Of a stretch of DNA of 64,000 nt, positions 48,603 to 58,866 are shown one piece after another. How positions within the stretch are numbered: the first letter of the stretch is position 1; the number at the start of each line of letters is the position of its first letter. The position numbers and the translations under genes were made by a program. The notes beneath the pieces are model-generated. The model was given only the letters and a program-made list of their open reading frames with translations, had not been told where the DNA came from and did not search any database. The stretch covers positions 1,600,001-1,664,000 of the forward strand of contig CAWCDG010000004.1 in the NCBI GenBank assembly GCA_963794325.1, read 5' to 3'. The stretch is from an uncultured delta proteobacterium (GTDB taxonomy: Bacteria; Desulfobacterota; Binatia; Binatales; Binataceae).

Positions 48603-49163
48603 TTACGCGCGGGGCGCGGTCATCGACAGGTCGACCTTGGGGACTGCCTGCTCTTCCGGCGCGCCTTTGAAGTATTCGGCCGGTGTGAAACCGAAATTGC
48701 TCGCGATGAGATTTGTCGGGAAGCTTTGAATGCGAGTGTTGAGATCGAGCACGACGTCATTGTAGGCCTGCCGCGCGTAGGCGATTTGATTTTCCGTGGT
48801 CGTCAGCTCTTCCTGCAGCTTGAGCACGTTCTCGTCGGCCTTCAACTGCGGATAGTTCTCCATCACGGCCATCAACTTGCCCAAACCGGTCGTGATCTGA
48901 TTTTCCGCCGCCATGCGCGAGGCCTGATCCGGCGCGCTCACTGCTTTTGCGCGCGCCTCAACCACCTGCGTCAGGGTGTCGCGCTCGAACTGCATATAGC
49001 CTTTGACGGCTTCGACGAGATTCGGAATCAAGTCATGACGGCGTTTCAACTGTACATCTATTTGCCGCCACGCATTATCTACCTGGTTGCGCAGACTGAC
49101 TAATCGGTTATAGGCAAGGATTACCCACGCGACGATAGCCACTACGACAATCAGAAATACCAT
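48603..49163 (-). CDS. lemA: LemA family protein
   Basis: YNRLV, AWRQIDVQLKRRHDLIPNLV, ENYPQLKA, FPTNLIA; adjacent to htpX. Confidence 0.93.
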   Translation of the reverse strand: MVFLIVVVAIVAWVILAYNRLVSLRNQVDNAWRQIDVQLKRRHDLIPNLVEAVKGYMQFERDTLTQVVEARAKAVSAPDQASRMAAENQITTGLGKLMAVMENYPQLKADENVLKLQEELTTTENQIAYARQAYNDVVLDLNTRIQSFPTNLIASNFGFTPAEYFKGAPEEQAVPKVDLSMTAPRA

Positions 49164-49266
49164 TCGCGATTCTCCCCTCAGAGGTCAGTTCGTGGCTGCG
49201 CTTTTTCGCTGGCTGCGTCCACGGCGCCGGCAGTATAAACCGCCGGCGCCCGGAACAAAATTTCCC

Positions 49267-49686
49267 CTAGTTTTGAACCTCGACTTTGATCTTGAACGGC
49301 TTGCTCTCGGGCCGCTTCGGCAGCGTCACGTTCAGCACTCCGTCCTTGTAAGTCGCCTTGATGTTGTCGTGGCCGGCGTCTTCGGGCATCGCGAAAGCGC
49401 GCCGCATTGTGCCGTACGCCCGCTCGGACAGATGCACTTCAACATCCTTCGACCATTCAGGCCGCTTGCGCTCCGCCTCGACGATCAAATTTCCGTCCTC
49501 GACGCGCACATCGACTGATCCACTGTTGATGCCTGCCATCTCGAAGTAGAAATGGTACGCGTCCGCATCTTCGATGACGTCCGCGGTCGGCGCCGACTGA
49601 CGCGTGGGCTCGAGCTCGTTCCACAGCACGTTCCAATGGCGAAGCAAAGAGTCATTTGGAGTAAACCCGTTCATCCGCACTTCCAT
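49267..49686 (-). CDS. Hsp20 / alpha-crystallin small heat-shock protein
   Basis: ERAYGTMRRAF, IKATYKDGVLNVTLPK; AGGAGG RBS. Confidence 0.92.
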   Translation of the reverse strand: MEVRMNGFTPNDSLLRHWNVLWNELEPTRQSAPTADVIEDADAYHFYFEMAGINSGSVDVRVEDGNLIVEAERKRPEWSKDVEVHLSERAYGTMRRAFAMPEDAGHDNIKATYKDGVLNVTLPKRPESKPFKIKVEVQN

Positions 49687-49873
49687 CTAAGCAAAACCTC
49701 CTGCCGTAATTTCTGTTCGGTGTGATTTTTAATTTCGGGGCCGCTCGGCGCGAGGAAGGCTCTATCTGTCCTTCGCTCGAATCGCCTCGCGTCCCACAAC
49801 TTGAAGGTAAGTACGAACTGGAAGGCGTCAAGCGGCCCTTCGATCGGAACGACAAAATTTGCGGTAAATAAGG

Positions 49874-50077
49874 CTATTTTGCAGGTTCTGGGGTCTTCGA
49901 GAGGTTGGCAATCTCTTGCGCAAATCGTGCTGCCATCTTGCTATCGCCGTTGCGTTCGGCGATTTTCATACCCTCATTTAGCTCTTTGAGCGCGCGCGGA
50001 ATTTCGCCCTTGCCGAGAAACACACCAACCTTGCGGAAGATACGCGCGTAGAGTTCTCCTTTCTCGGCGGCATTCAT
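49874..50077 (-). CDS. Small helical hypothetical protein (67 aa)
   Basis: MNAAEKGELYARIFRKVGVFLGKGEIPRALKELNEGMKIAERNGD...; TPR-like amphipathic pattern. Confidence 0.5.
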   Translation of the reverse strand: MNAAEKGELYARIFRKVGVFLGKGEIPRALKELNEGMKIAERNGDSKMAARFAQEIANLSKTPEPAK

Positions 50078-50813
50078 GGCGGCAAATTCAATTGACGAAA
50101 CTCGCGATACGATCCTCGACGGTTCTATCACGCTGATACAGCCGAGGCACGGCTACCGCTTCTCGGTCGAGGCGATATTGCTCGGCCGCTTCGCGCGCGC
50201 GTCCACGCGGGACCGAGTGCTCGAGTTAGGCGCGGGATGCGGCGTCGTGTCGATAATGATGGCCACCATCTATCGCCCGCGCGAAGTCGTCGCGCTCGAG
50301 ATCCAGCCGGCGCTGGCGGAGATGGTCGCGCGCAGCGCCGCAATCAACCAACTCAAGTCTGTGCATGCGGTTTGCGCCGACCTGCGGCAGAAAAAGATCG
50401 CCGGCGTCGAACCTGCCAGCTTCGATCTGGTCGTCGCGAATCCTCCCTATCGCGCGGCGGCCTCCGGCCGCGAAAATCCCGACCACGGCCGCCGCGTCGC
50501 TCGCGGCGAGGGCGCGACTGTGCTGGAGGATTTCGTTATGGCCGCGCGCCGCTACGCTCGCACAAGCGGCCGAGTCGCATTTGTCTTCACCGCGCGCAGA
50601 AGCGCCGAGTTGATTTCCGCCATGCGCTCCAGGCAACTGGAGCCCAAGCGGATCCGTTTCGTGCATCCGCGAATCGCAACGCCCGCATCAGTAATGTTGA
50701 TCGAGGCGCGCGTCGGCGGCGGAATCGAAGTAGCTATTGAGCCTCCGTTGATACTATACGAACGCCTGGGAATACATTCTTCCGAAGCCCAAGCATTACT
50801 CAGTTCCCAATAG
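50076..50813 (+). CDS. tRNA1(Val) A37 N6-methyltransferase-like (TrmN6/YfiC family)
   Basis: QPRHGYRFSVEAILL, VLELGAGCG, VVANPPY, EPKRIRFVH. Confidence 0.85.
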   Translation: MAANSIDETRDTILDGSITLIQPRHGYRFSVEAILLGRFARASTRDRVLELGAGCGVVSIMMATIYRPREVVALEIQPALAEMVARSAAINQLKSVHAVCADLRQKKIAGVEPASFDLVVANPPYRAAASGRENPDHGRRVARGEGATVLEDFVMAARRYARTSGRVAFVFTARRSAELISAMRSRQLEPKRIRFVHPRIATPASVMLIEARVGGGIEVAIEPPLILYERLGIHSSEAQALLSSQ

Positions 50814-50858
50814 CCTCTCCCTATCAGGGAGAGGCCGCGCCTCCGGCGCGGGTGAGGG
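50814..50858. repeat. REP-like palindrome, family B copy 1 (between convergent genes)
   Basis: CCTCTCCCT-ATC-AGGGAGAGG-CCGCGCC-TCC-GGCGCGG-GTGAGGG; related inverted copy at 62757-62812. Confidence 0.6.
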
Positions 50859-50890
50859 TCCAAATTCCTGGATATCTTTCTGCCGCTGCG

Positions 50891-51742
50891 CTAGGACTTC
50901 AAGAATTCAATCGCACGCTCCGCGGCGTAGCCGGGTTTCTCCATCGGCATAAAATGCCCCGCGTCTTCCACATCGATCACGCGTCCATGCTTGAGTTGTC
51001 TCGCGACCTTTCCGGACAACGATGCACCAAGTGAATCGCCTCGCGCTCCAAAAATTATCAGCAGCGGCGCCTTGCAGCGGAGAATTCGCCCGAGACCATC
51101 GAAGTCGCGCGCCGTCTCGTAGAATTTCGCTTCAACCTCCGGCGCGCACTTGAGTTCTCGCTTGCCATCACTCGTCGGCCGCGTGCCGAACTCGCAATAG
51201 TCGCGCAGTATGTCGTTGCGCCAGGTTTTGTAGGGCGGCTTCTTCTCGAAGTTCGCGAACATCGCGTCGACGCTGTCGAAGATGCGCCTGCGCTTCAGCG
51301 TCCGCTCGATGAACGGATTGCGCCATCCGAGTTCCGGCGCGTCCGGCGATTCGAAAATTACCGGCTCGAGCAGTACCGCTCGTGAGATCAAGTCTGGGCG
51401 CTCGTTCGCGAGTGAGCCAATTGCTGTCGCGCCAGCGGAATGGCCAATCGCGCGGATACCCGACCAGCCCATCGCGGTTATAAACCCTTTGAGGTCGCGC
51501 ATCGTCGCGTCCCACGTATAATCGCCGTTGGGCGCGGGCGAACTGTCGCCGTGCGCGCGCTGATCGTAGCTATAAACGTGACCGATCGCGCGCAACCGCT
51601 CTGCAAGCGGCCGATAGATGCGGCCGAGAAATCCGGTGGCGTGCAGGATCACGATCGGCGGCCCATCACCGCCCCAGTCCAGGGTGTGCAGCCTGATGCC
51701 ATTGACGGTCACGAAGCTGCTAACGGGTTCAGCTTTTTCCAT
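50891..51742 (-). CDS. Alpha/beta hydrolase
   Basis: LHATGF, YDQRAHGDS, GHSAG nucleophile motif, AGHFMPME. Confidence 0.9.
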   Translation of the reverse strand: MEKAEPVSSFVTVNGIRLHTLDWGGDGPPIVILHATGFLGRIYRPLAERLRAIGHVYSYDQRAHGDSSPAPNGDYTWDATMRDLKGFITAMGWSGIRAIGHSAGATAIGSLANERPDLISRAVLLEPVIFESPDAPELGWRNPFIERTLKRRRIFDSVDAMFANFEKKPPYKTWRNDILRDYCEFGTRPTSDGKRELKCAPEVEAKFYETARDFDGLGRILRCKAPLLIIFGARGDSLGASLSGKVARQLKHGRVIDVEDAGHFMPMEKPGYAAERAIEFLKS

Positions 51743-53063
51743 CTTCAAGTTTGCGGGTGTCCAACGTTTCAGCGGTCCGCGTTGTGTTCGATCCGGTCGT
51801 CTGCCGCGCGAGCGGCTTTGCTTCGAGGGAACAAATATCCTGGAGCGTGATGGTCTTGAGAAGACTGTCCCGCACCGCATCGATCTTCCCGAGCACGAGG
51901 TCCACTCGGGGATCGGCGTCGTGAGCGCCGCGATCAAAGTCGACAGATTTGATAGCGTCCGCCAGCACGATCCGGGACGGGTCGCGTGTCAGGAACAATC
52001 CCTGATTCAGCGAACCGGAATTAGGATCGGCTTCGATCACAAAGCCTGCCTCCTTGAGCCCGTCGACGATCGGCTTAATCGTAGCTTCGGGTACGATGAG
52101 TTCGTGCGACAGCGTCCACGACGTGATGTCGTCGCCGCCGTGGTAAGCGCGGTCCGCCAGCCGAGTCAGGATATGCATCGTGGCCGAATACAGAAAATTC
52201 GGTGAGGTCGGCCCAAGCAACGGTGGGATGTCACCGCGCTGAATCGACGCGGTGAGCTCGGCGCCGAAAAGAATTATCGACCATGCAATGTATATCCACA
52301 TCAGGAAAATCGGCAGCGTCGCCATCGCGCCATAGATCGCCCGATAGTTGGCGACACCCACCTGAAAGCGCACGTAGCCCCACTGCGCGAGCTGAAAAAG
52401 CACGGCGGTCACAAACGAACCGATCGCCGCTGGACCGTATCGCACCTTCGTATACGGGAAAAAAATGTACAGAAAAAAGAATCCGGTCCACACGAACAAG
52501 TACGGCACCAGCTCGGTGACAAATGGAAATGCAGAAATCCGCACCGAGAAAACTGCGGTGAAGCCGAGCGCCGCCACGATCAGAAACGGCACCGTGAACA
52601 GCACGCTCAGGTAATCGGAGAACTTGCGGAAATAACTGCGGCTCTGCGGCACATTGAAGATCGCGTTGAGCGCCTGCTCAACCGTGCCCATCGTGGATAT
52701 GACCGTGATGAGCAAGAAGGCGCCGCCCGCCGATCCCAGCGCCGCCGCATTGACGTTCTCGACGTAGCCCATCAGCTGTGACGACGACGAACCGAGTCCA
52801 AGGTATTGCTCGACCAATGGACGCAACTTTTCCGCGCCACCGAATCCCTTAACCGCGGAAAACGCGAGCGCGAGAATCGGCACGATCGACAACACGACCG
52901 TGAAAGTCAGCGCCGACGCGCGCAGCAGGTCGTTATTGTTGATGAAGGCTTCGACCGCGTGATTCAGGATGTGCCAGACGCGAAGCGCGGTGGTGTGCTT
53001 CGATACCCTGGCCTCGAGGTCCTGCGTCTTGTTTTCGAGCCAGCTGGGAGCGTGTTGCGCCAC
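51729..53063 (-). CDS. YihY/BrkB family membrane protein with C-terminal HTH-like domain
   Basis: RASALTFTVVLSIVPILA, EQALNAIF, YRAIYGAMATLPIFLMWIY, LFGAEL. Confidence 0.88.
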   Translation of the reverse strand: MAQHAPSWLENKTQDLEARVSKHTTALRVWHILNHAVEAFINNNDLLRASALTFTVVLSIVPILALAFSAVKGFGGAEKLRPLVEQYLGLGSSSSQLMGYVENVNAAALGSAGGAFLLITVISTMGTVEQALNAIFNVPQSRSYFRKFSDYLSVLFTVPFLIVAALGFTAVFSVRISAFPFVTELVPYLFVWTGFFFLYIFFPYTKVRYGPAAIGSFVTAVLFQLAQWGYVRFQVGVANYRAIYGAMATLPIFLMWIYIAWSIILFGAELTASIQRGDIPPLLGPTSPNFLYSATMHILTRLADRAYHGGDDITSWTLSHELIVPEATIKPIVDGLKEAGFVIEADPNSGSLNQGLFLTRDPSRIVLADAIKSVDFDRGAHDADPRVDLVLGKIDAVRDSLLKTITLQDICSLEAKPLARQTTGSNTTRTAETLDTRKLEDGKS

Positions 53064-53196
53064 GTTAGTTCCAGGATTGCGCCGCCGCCGATTTGCCCGT
53101 CACGGATTGATTGTCAGGGCACGAGTTGCGCGATGTCAAGTGAGCGGTCCTGGCGTGCGTTGCGCGCCCATCGGCTTTGCGATTAGCTCATCGTTC

Positions 53197-55644
53197 ATGG
53201 CTCGGCTCGTACCGCACGGAAAATATCTCTTCGACGGCGCGCAAAAGTTCTACATTCGCGGCGTTTCGTACGGCCCGTTCGCTCCAAATTCGCGCGGCGA
53301 AAGATATCCCGAGCCCGAGCGCGCCGCCGCGGATTTCGCGCTGATGAAGAGCCTCGGCGCCAACCTGATTCGTCTCTACGTTCCGCCGCCGTCGTGGATG
53401 GTCGAAGAGGCTCAGAAGGCCGGTTTGCGCATGATGCTCGGCATCCCGTGGCCATTCCACATGGCGTTCCTCGATTCGGCCGACATGATGCGCGAAATTC
53501 GCGACGCGATTCGCAAGACGGTTCTCGACACGCGTCAATTCGGCGAGACGATCGCGGCGTACAGCATCGGCAACGAGATTCGCTCGGATATCGTACGGTG
53601 GCACGGGCCGCGCGCGGTCAGCCGCTTTCTCGCTGAGCTCCGTGACATCGGAAAGCAGATCGACCACGACGCGCTTTTCACTTACTCGAACTATCCATCG
53701 GCCGAATATCTTGATCTGAGTTTTCTCGATTTCATTTCGTTCAACGTGTATCTGCATCGCGAAGAAGATTTCCGCCGTTACCTCTCTCATCTGATGGGAC
53801 AAGCGGGCGAGTTGCCGCTGGTGCTCAGCGAAACCGGGATGGATACGATTCGCGAAGGCGAGGAGCATCAGGCGGAACTCCTTTCATGGCAGTGCCGCGC
53901 GGCGTTCGAAATCGGATTGTCCGGCTTCATCGTGTTCGCGTTCACCGACGAATGGCATACCGGCGGCGCCGAGATTACCGATTGGGCATTCGGGCTGACC
54001 CGCCGCGATCGCTCGCCGAAACTCGCCTTCGATGCGGTCGGTAAAGTCTTCAGCGAAAAACTGCCGCCTACGCTCGTGACCGCTCCCAAAGCGACAGTGG
54101 TCGTCGCCGCCTACAATGCGGCGTCGACGCTCGGCGAATGTCTCTCCTCGATTCGCGAGCTCAACTATCCGGACTACGAAACAATCGTCGTCGACGACGG
54201 CTCGACCGATTCGACGTCTGAAGTCGCCAACCAGGACGGCATCCGCGCGATTCGCGTCGAGCACAAGGGCCTCGCTGCAGCGCGCAACGCCGGCGTCGAT
54301 GCGGCATCAGGCGAAATCGTCGCGTTTATCGACGCCGACGCGCGCGCCGATCGCGACTGGCTGTATCACCTGGTCGAGACGATTAAGCGCCGCGATGCGG
54401 CCGCAGCCGCTGGTCCGAATTTCGCTCCCGATCCGCAATCTGCGCGCGCCGCTGCGATGGCTGCCGCTCCCGGGCTGCCGCGCGAGGTGCGCGCAGGTGA
54501 CGATCGCCTCGCGCAACTGTGCGGATGCAACATGGCGGTCACCAAGGCTGCGCTGCTTAAGATCGCGAGGTTCGATCCGATGTTCACTGCCGCGGGCGAC
54601 GATGTCGATCTCTCGTGGCGTCTCACGGCGGCGGGTGAAACGCTCGCATACGCTCCTGGAGCCGTCGTGATTCACGAAAGGCGCGCGACGCTAGCCGGCT
54701 ATCTCCGCCAGCAGCGAGGCTACGGCACCGGCGAAGGCCTGCTGTTCCGCAAATATCCTCTGCGCAGCGCATACCAGGACGGAATGTACGCCGGCCCATC
54801 ATGGATCGGGTCGATCCTCGGCGGCGCGCGCATCTACTACGGCGAATTCGGCCGCGGCCTCTTTCAGACCGTCTATTCCGCCGACAATTCGTACGCTGAA
54901 CTGCCGCTGACCATTCAATGGATCGGCTTGTCACTGATTTTTCTGATCCTCGGCAGCGTCAATCGTTTGATGGGCGTGCTCGGTGCTGGAGGAATAGCCG
55001 TCTCGATTTTAGTCGCAGCGGCTGGTACGGCATTCGCTCCGCTGCCGCGCGAGCATTCCGGGCCAATGGCGCGAATCTATCTCCTGGTTGTCAATTTGCT
55101 CGGCCCAATTGTTCGGAGCCTGGCGCGCGAGCGAGTCAGATGGCGATTCGAACCCGACGCCAGCACTGATTCTAATGGTCCGGTCGAGTTACGCGGCCAG
55201 ATCGAATTCAACGCGCCAGAAGAAGCTGCCAGGATCGACTCAGCCACCATCCTCGACGCGCTCCGCGACTCACTGGTGCACCGCGGCGTCGCAGTCGCCG
55301 TGACCGACGGCTTCCAATCCTACGATCTCGAAGTCGTCGTTCCGCCGATGATTCGCGTGCCGATCAATGCCCTGCGCAAGGACGCCCGCACCGCACTGCT
55401 CTGGCGTGTCCGACCCGCCCCGCGAAATGTACTAATCGGTGCGGCAGTGACATTCGTTTTGTTGGCAGCCGCCTTTTCGTTGGGCGCAGCAATCGTCGGC
55501 GTCGCACTTGCCGCTCTGGCAGTGGGGCTGTTCGCGATCACCCGCGCCAGACGAATTCCTGCGATTATCAGCGCGAGCGCCGCAGAAGTAGCCAGCTCAC
55601 TCGGAATCTCAATCGCAACGGGCGCAGAAGACGAATCTCGATGA
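53197..55644 (+). CDS. Clan GH-A TIM barrel + GT2 + membrane domain fusion
   Basis: RGVSYGPF, GANLIRLY, IGNEI (acid/base), VLSETG (nucleophile), FTDEW; GT2 VVAAYN, VVDDGSTD, FIDAD, GDDVD, QQRGY; C-terminal TMs. Confidence 0.85.
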   Translation: MARLVPHGKYLFDGAQKFYIRGVSYGPFAPNSRGERYPEPERAAADFALMKSLGANLIRLYVPPPSWMVEEAQKAGLRMMLGIPWPFHMAFLDSADMMREIRDAIRKTVLDTRQFGETIAAYSIGNEIRSDIVRWHGPRAVSRFLAELRDIGKQIDHDALFTYSNYPSAEYLDLSFLDFISFNVYLHREEDFRRYLSHLMGQAGELPLVLSETGMDTIREGEEHQAELLSWQCRAAFEIGLSGFIVFAFTDEWHTGGAEITDWAFGLTRRDRSPKLAFDAVGKVFSEKLPPTLVTAPKATVVVAAYNAASTLGECLSSIRELNYPDYETIVVDDGSTDSTSEVANQDGIRAIRVEHKGLAAARNAGVDAASGEIVAFIDADARADRDWLYHLVETIKRRDAAAAAGPNFAPDPQSARAAAMAAAPGLPREVRAGDDRLAQLCGCNMAVTKAALLKIARFDPMFTAAGDDVDLSWRLTAAGETLAYAPGAVVIHERRATLAGYLRQQRGYGTGEGLLFRKYPLRSAYQDGMYAGPSWIGSILGGARIYYGEFGRGLFQTVYSADNSYAELPLTIQWIGLSLIFLILGSVNRLMGVLGAGGIAVSILVAAAGTAFAPLPREHSGPMARIYLLVVNLLGPIVRSLARERVRWRFEPDASTDSNGPVELRGQIEFNAPEEAARIDSATILDALRDSLVHRGVAVAVTDGFQSYDLEVVVPPMIRVPINALRKDARTALLWRVRPAPRNVLIGAAVTFVLLAAAFSLGAAIVGVALAALAVGLFAITRARRIPAIISASAAEVASSLGISIATGAEDESR

Positions 55645-57419
55645 CCACGCTGGAACTCTACGGCCACGTTATTCGCCGGATGCGCCCGCACCTCGGCCGT
55701 CTCGCGATCGCGATCGCGGGCGTGCTGCTTGCCGCCGCGACCGAAGTGCTCAAGCCATGGCCGCTGAAGATTGTGATCGACAACGTGCTGCGCGGCGTAC
55801 CGCTCGTGAGCTCCTGGATTCCGCCGATGGCGCGCGCGGAGCTTCTCATCGTCGCGTGCATCGGTCTCGTAATCCTGTACACGCTGCTCGGCCTGCTCAA
55901 CGTCGTGACGAATTACGTCACCATTTCGATCGGCCAGCGGATGGTCAACGAGTTGCGCGCGCGTCTGTTCGATCATCTGCAGCGCCTCTCGCTGTCATTC
56001 CATCGCCGCCGCGAAGTCGGCGACCTGATGGTGCGAATCACCTACGACACCTACTCGATTCAAACCATCGCGATGAACGGGTTCTTCCCGGTGCTGTCGT
56101 CGCTGATTCTGCTCGGCGGGATGTTCGTCGTGATGATCAGGATGGATGCGACGCTGACGCTCGTCGCGCTCGCGATCATCCCGCTGCTCATTTTGCTGAT
56201 AATGTCGATCAGCGGCCGCATCGACGCAATCGCCGGCGGCGCGCGAATAAAGGAGAGTCGGCTTTACACCGTCGCGCAGAGCGCACTCGCCGCGATTCAC
56301 GTCGTGCAAGCGTTTACTCGCGAAGGCGAGTCGTATCGCGAGTTCGTCGAGTCGAGCAGCGCGAGCCTCGACGCGACCCTGCGCCTCTACACTCTGCAGA
56401 CGCTGTACGCCGGCGCGGTCGGTGTGCTGATCGCATGCGGCACCGCGCTCGTGATTTACCTCGGCGCGCAACACGTCCTCGACGGCCGTCTCACCATCGG
56501 CGCCTTGATCGTATTCATCACGTATCTCGCCTCGCTCTACGCTCCGGTGAATCAGATCTCGCAAACCTACGGGCAGATCGAAGGCGCCAAGGCGGGACTC
56601 CGACGATGCCTCGAGTTACTCGCGATCGATCCCGAAATCAAGGATCGCGCGGGCGCGCAGACTCTCGGCCGCGCGCGCGGCGAAATAGAATTCGACAACG
56701 TAGTGTTTGGTTATGAACCCGGCCGCACCGTGCTCAAGGGGATCAATTTCAAAGCGTCGCCCGGCGAGACGATTGCGATCGTCGGTCCGAGCGGTTCCGG
56801 GAAAACCACGATGGCCAGTCTGCTCGCGCGCTTTTATGAGCCGCAGGGCGGTGCGATCAAAATCGACGGCAACGACACGCGCTACCTCACGCTCGATTCG
56901 GTCCGCGGCAATATTGCGATGGTGCTGCAGCCGCCGCTGGTGCTCGGCGACACGATGCGCGTCAACGTCGCGTTCGGGAAGCCCGCCGTCGATGACGCCA
57001 AGGTGCTGCGCGCAATCGAGATGGCGCGTCTAGAAACCGTCCTCGCCAAGCTACCCGGCGGTCTCGACGAAGTGCTGGGGCAGGGCGGTCACAGTCTTTC
57101 CGAGGGCGAGGCGCAGCGCGTGACGATCGCGCGCGCGCTCCTGAAGGACGCGCCGATTCTGATCATGGATGAGCCGACCAGCGCGCTCGACGCCGAGACC
57201 GAATCGATGGTGCTGTCCGCCGTGCGCGAGGCGATGCGCGGGCGGACCACTCTGGTCATCGCGCACCGGCTCTCGACGATTCAGAACGCCGATCGAATCC
57301 TGGTGCTGCGCGACGGCGCGATCGTCGAGCACGGATCGTTCGACGAGTTGCTGGCTCGCGGCGGCTTCTTCAGCTACCTCTACAATATCCAGGCTTGGAG
57401 CAAGGAAGCCGCCGGCTGA
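55641..57419 (+). CDS. ABC exporter, fused permease-ATPase
   Basis: TM domain; GPSGSGKTT; LSEGEAQR; ILIMDEPTSALD; IAHRLST; overlaps the upstream stop (ATGA). Confidence 0.92.
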   Translation: MTTLELYGHVIRRMRPHLGRLAIAIAGVLLAAATEVLKPWPLKIVIDNVLRGVPLVSSWIPPMARAELLIVACIGLVILYTLLGLLNVVTNYVTISIGQRMVNELRARLFDHLQRLSLSFHRRREVGDLMVRITYDTYSIQTIAMNGFFPVLSSLILLGGMFVVMIRMDATLTLVALAIIPLLILLIMSISGRIDAIAGGARIKESRLYTVAQSALAAIHVVQAFTREGESYREFVESSSASLDATLRLYTLQTLYAGAVGVLIACGTALVIYLGAQHVLDGRLTIGALIVFITYLASLYAPVNQISQTYGQIEGAKAGLRRCLELLAIDPEIKDRAGAQTLGRARGEIEFDNVVFGYEPGRTVLKGINFKASPGETIAIVGPSGSGKTTMASLLARFYEPQGGAIKIDGNDTRYLTLDSVRGNIAMVLQPPLVLGDTMRVNVAFGKPAVDDAKVLRAIEMARLETVLAKLPGGLDEVLGQGGHSLSEGEAQRVTIARALLKDAPILIMDEPTSALDAETESMVLSAVREAMRGRTTLVIAHRLSTIQNADRILVLRDGAIVEHGSFDELLARGGFFSYLYNIQAWSKEAAG

Positions 57420-57429
57420 AATTTTCAAA

Positions 57430-58035
57430 ATGCTTACGATTGGTCTCACTGGTGGAATCGGCTCGGGCAAGAGCACCGTCGCGCAAATCCTCGGCGAGTT
57501 CGGCGCGCCAATTCTCGATGCCGACAAAGTCGCCCACACCACTTACGCGCCCGGCGCTCCCGCCTACGACGCCGTCATCGCAGCTTTCGGCAACGATGTA
57601 GTCGCCGCCGATCGCACGATCGATCGCAGGAAACTCGGCGCCATCGTGTTTGGCAGTCCCGAGCGGCTGAACAAACTGACGTCGATCGTATGGCCCGCGA
57701 CGCGCGAGAGCATCCGCCGCAACGTCGCCGATTTGCGCGCGAACGGCGCGAAGCTGCCGATCGTCGTCGAGGCCGCTATTTTGATCGAGGCAAACTGGCA
57801 GGCGCTATTCGACGAAATCTGGCTGGTGCGTGCTTCGCGCGAACAAGTCGTCACCCGAATCGAAAGCCAGCGCGGCCTGAAACCAGCCGAGACCGAGGCG
57901 CGCATCCGAGCGCAATTGTCCGACGAGGAGCGCTCAAAGCACGCGACGCTTGTGATCGAAAACAACGGCTCGCTCGAAGACCTGCGCGAGCTACTCAAGA
58001 CGGTGTGGGCCGAGGCCCTCAAGCGCAACGGCTAA
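57430..58035 (+). CDS. coaE: Dephospho-CoA kinase
   Basis: IGLTGGIGSGKSTV, LDADKVAH, IDRRKLG, ARIRAQLS. Confidence 0.93.
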   Translation: MLTIGLTGGIGSGKSTVAQILGEFGAPILDADKVAHTTYAPGAPAYDAVIAAFGNDVVAADRTIDRRKLGAIVFGSPERLNKLTSIVWPATRESIRRNVADLRANGAKLPIVVEAAILIEANWQALFDEIWLVRASREQVVTRIESQRGLKPAETEARIRAQLSDEERSKHATLVIENNGSLEDLRELLKTVWAEALKRNG

Positions 58036-58808
58036 GCCCGAATCGCTGCCAGCACCGCGAACGTGACGACTTGTGCCAGCGCGCATCCGCCCGCCAACAT
58101 GTAGCCCGACGCGCCGCCCATCCGCCGGCTGAGCACCAGTCGCATCGCGAGTATCGTCAGCGCGAGCGTTATGATCACCGCCAGCCCGACGTTCTGATAC
58201 AGCCCCATCGTGAGTCCAAGCGCAATCACGCTCGACGCGGCGAACTCGCGAAACGAAATGCCGCCTTCATACGGGATGCCGAGTCCCCAATGCTCCAGCG
58301 GCTTCAGCCCGTAACCGATCGGAATGATCGCCCATCGCGACAGCATCATCGCCATCACGAGCGCGCCGGCTCGTCCTGCGTTGTCGGAGATTCGCGACAA
58401 GCACACGACCTCGAACGCGAACGCGCCGATCGCCGCTCCTGCGCCGAATATTCCGATTCGTGTCAATCCGGTTGACGCTGGCCGCGTCCCTCTTCGAAGC
58501 ACCTCGGCAGTGTCTGCCAATCCGCGATTCGCCAACCCAAGAGACAGTCCCGCTCCGACGATCAGCACGACGAATGAGCGTCCGATTGGCCCGAATACAA
58601 GGCCTGCGGTTCTATCGACAATTGCGAGAATCACACCGAGCACGAATCCGATAATCGGAAAATAGATCATCGCGCGCGAGCGCTGTGACGCGGTGCCCTG
58701 CGATCTTTCGTCGAGAATCGGCCACAACGTGAGCGTTGCGGCTGCCAGCACTGCTTCGAACAGCAGTTCGCGTACAGTTGGCAGACTCGTTTCGCTCGTT
58801 GATTCCAT
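58032..58808 (-). CDS. cobS: Divergent adenosylcobinamide-GDP ribazoletransferase (CobS-like)
   Basis: AMIYFPIIG, RGLADTAE, RIGIFG, LSRW, RRMGGASG; canonical HxDGLAD and GD motifs are altered. Confidence 0.62.
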   Translation of the reverse strand: MESTSETSLPTVRELLFEAVLAAATLTLWPILDERSQGTASQRSRAMIYFPIIGFVLGVILAIVDRTAGLVFGPIGRSFVVLIVGAGLSLGLANRGLADTAEVLRRGTRPASTGLTRIGIFGAGAAIGAFAFEVVCLSRISDNAGRAGALVMAMMLSRWAIIPIGYGLKPLEHWGLGIPYEGGISFREFAASSVIALGLTMGLYQNVGLAVIITLALTILAMRLVLSRRMGGASGYMLAGGCALAQVVTFAVLAAIRA

Positions 58809-58866
58809 CGTGACCGAGGTTGATTACAACAGATCGCGGCGGCGCTACGATAGGCGAAGTGAAAAA

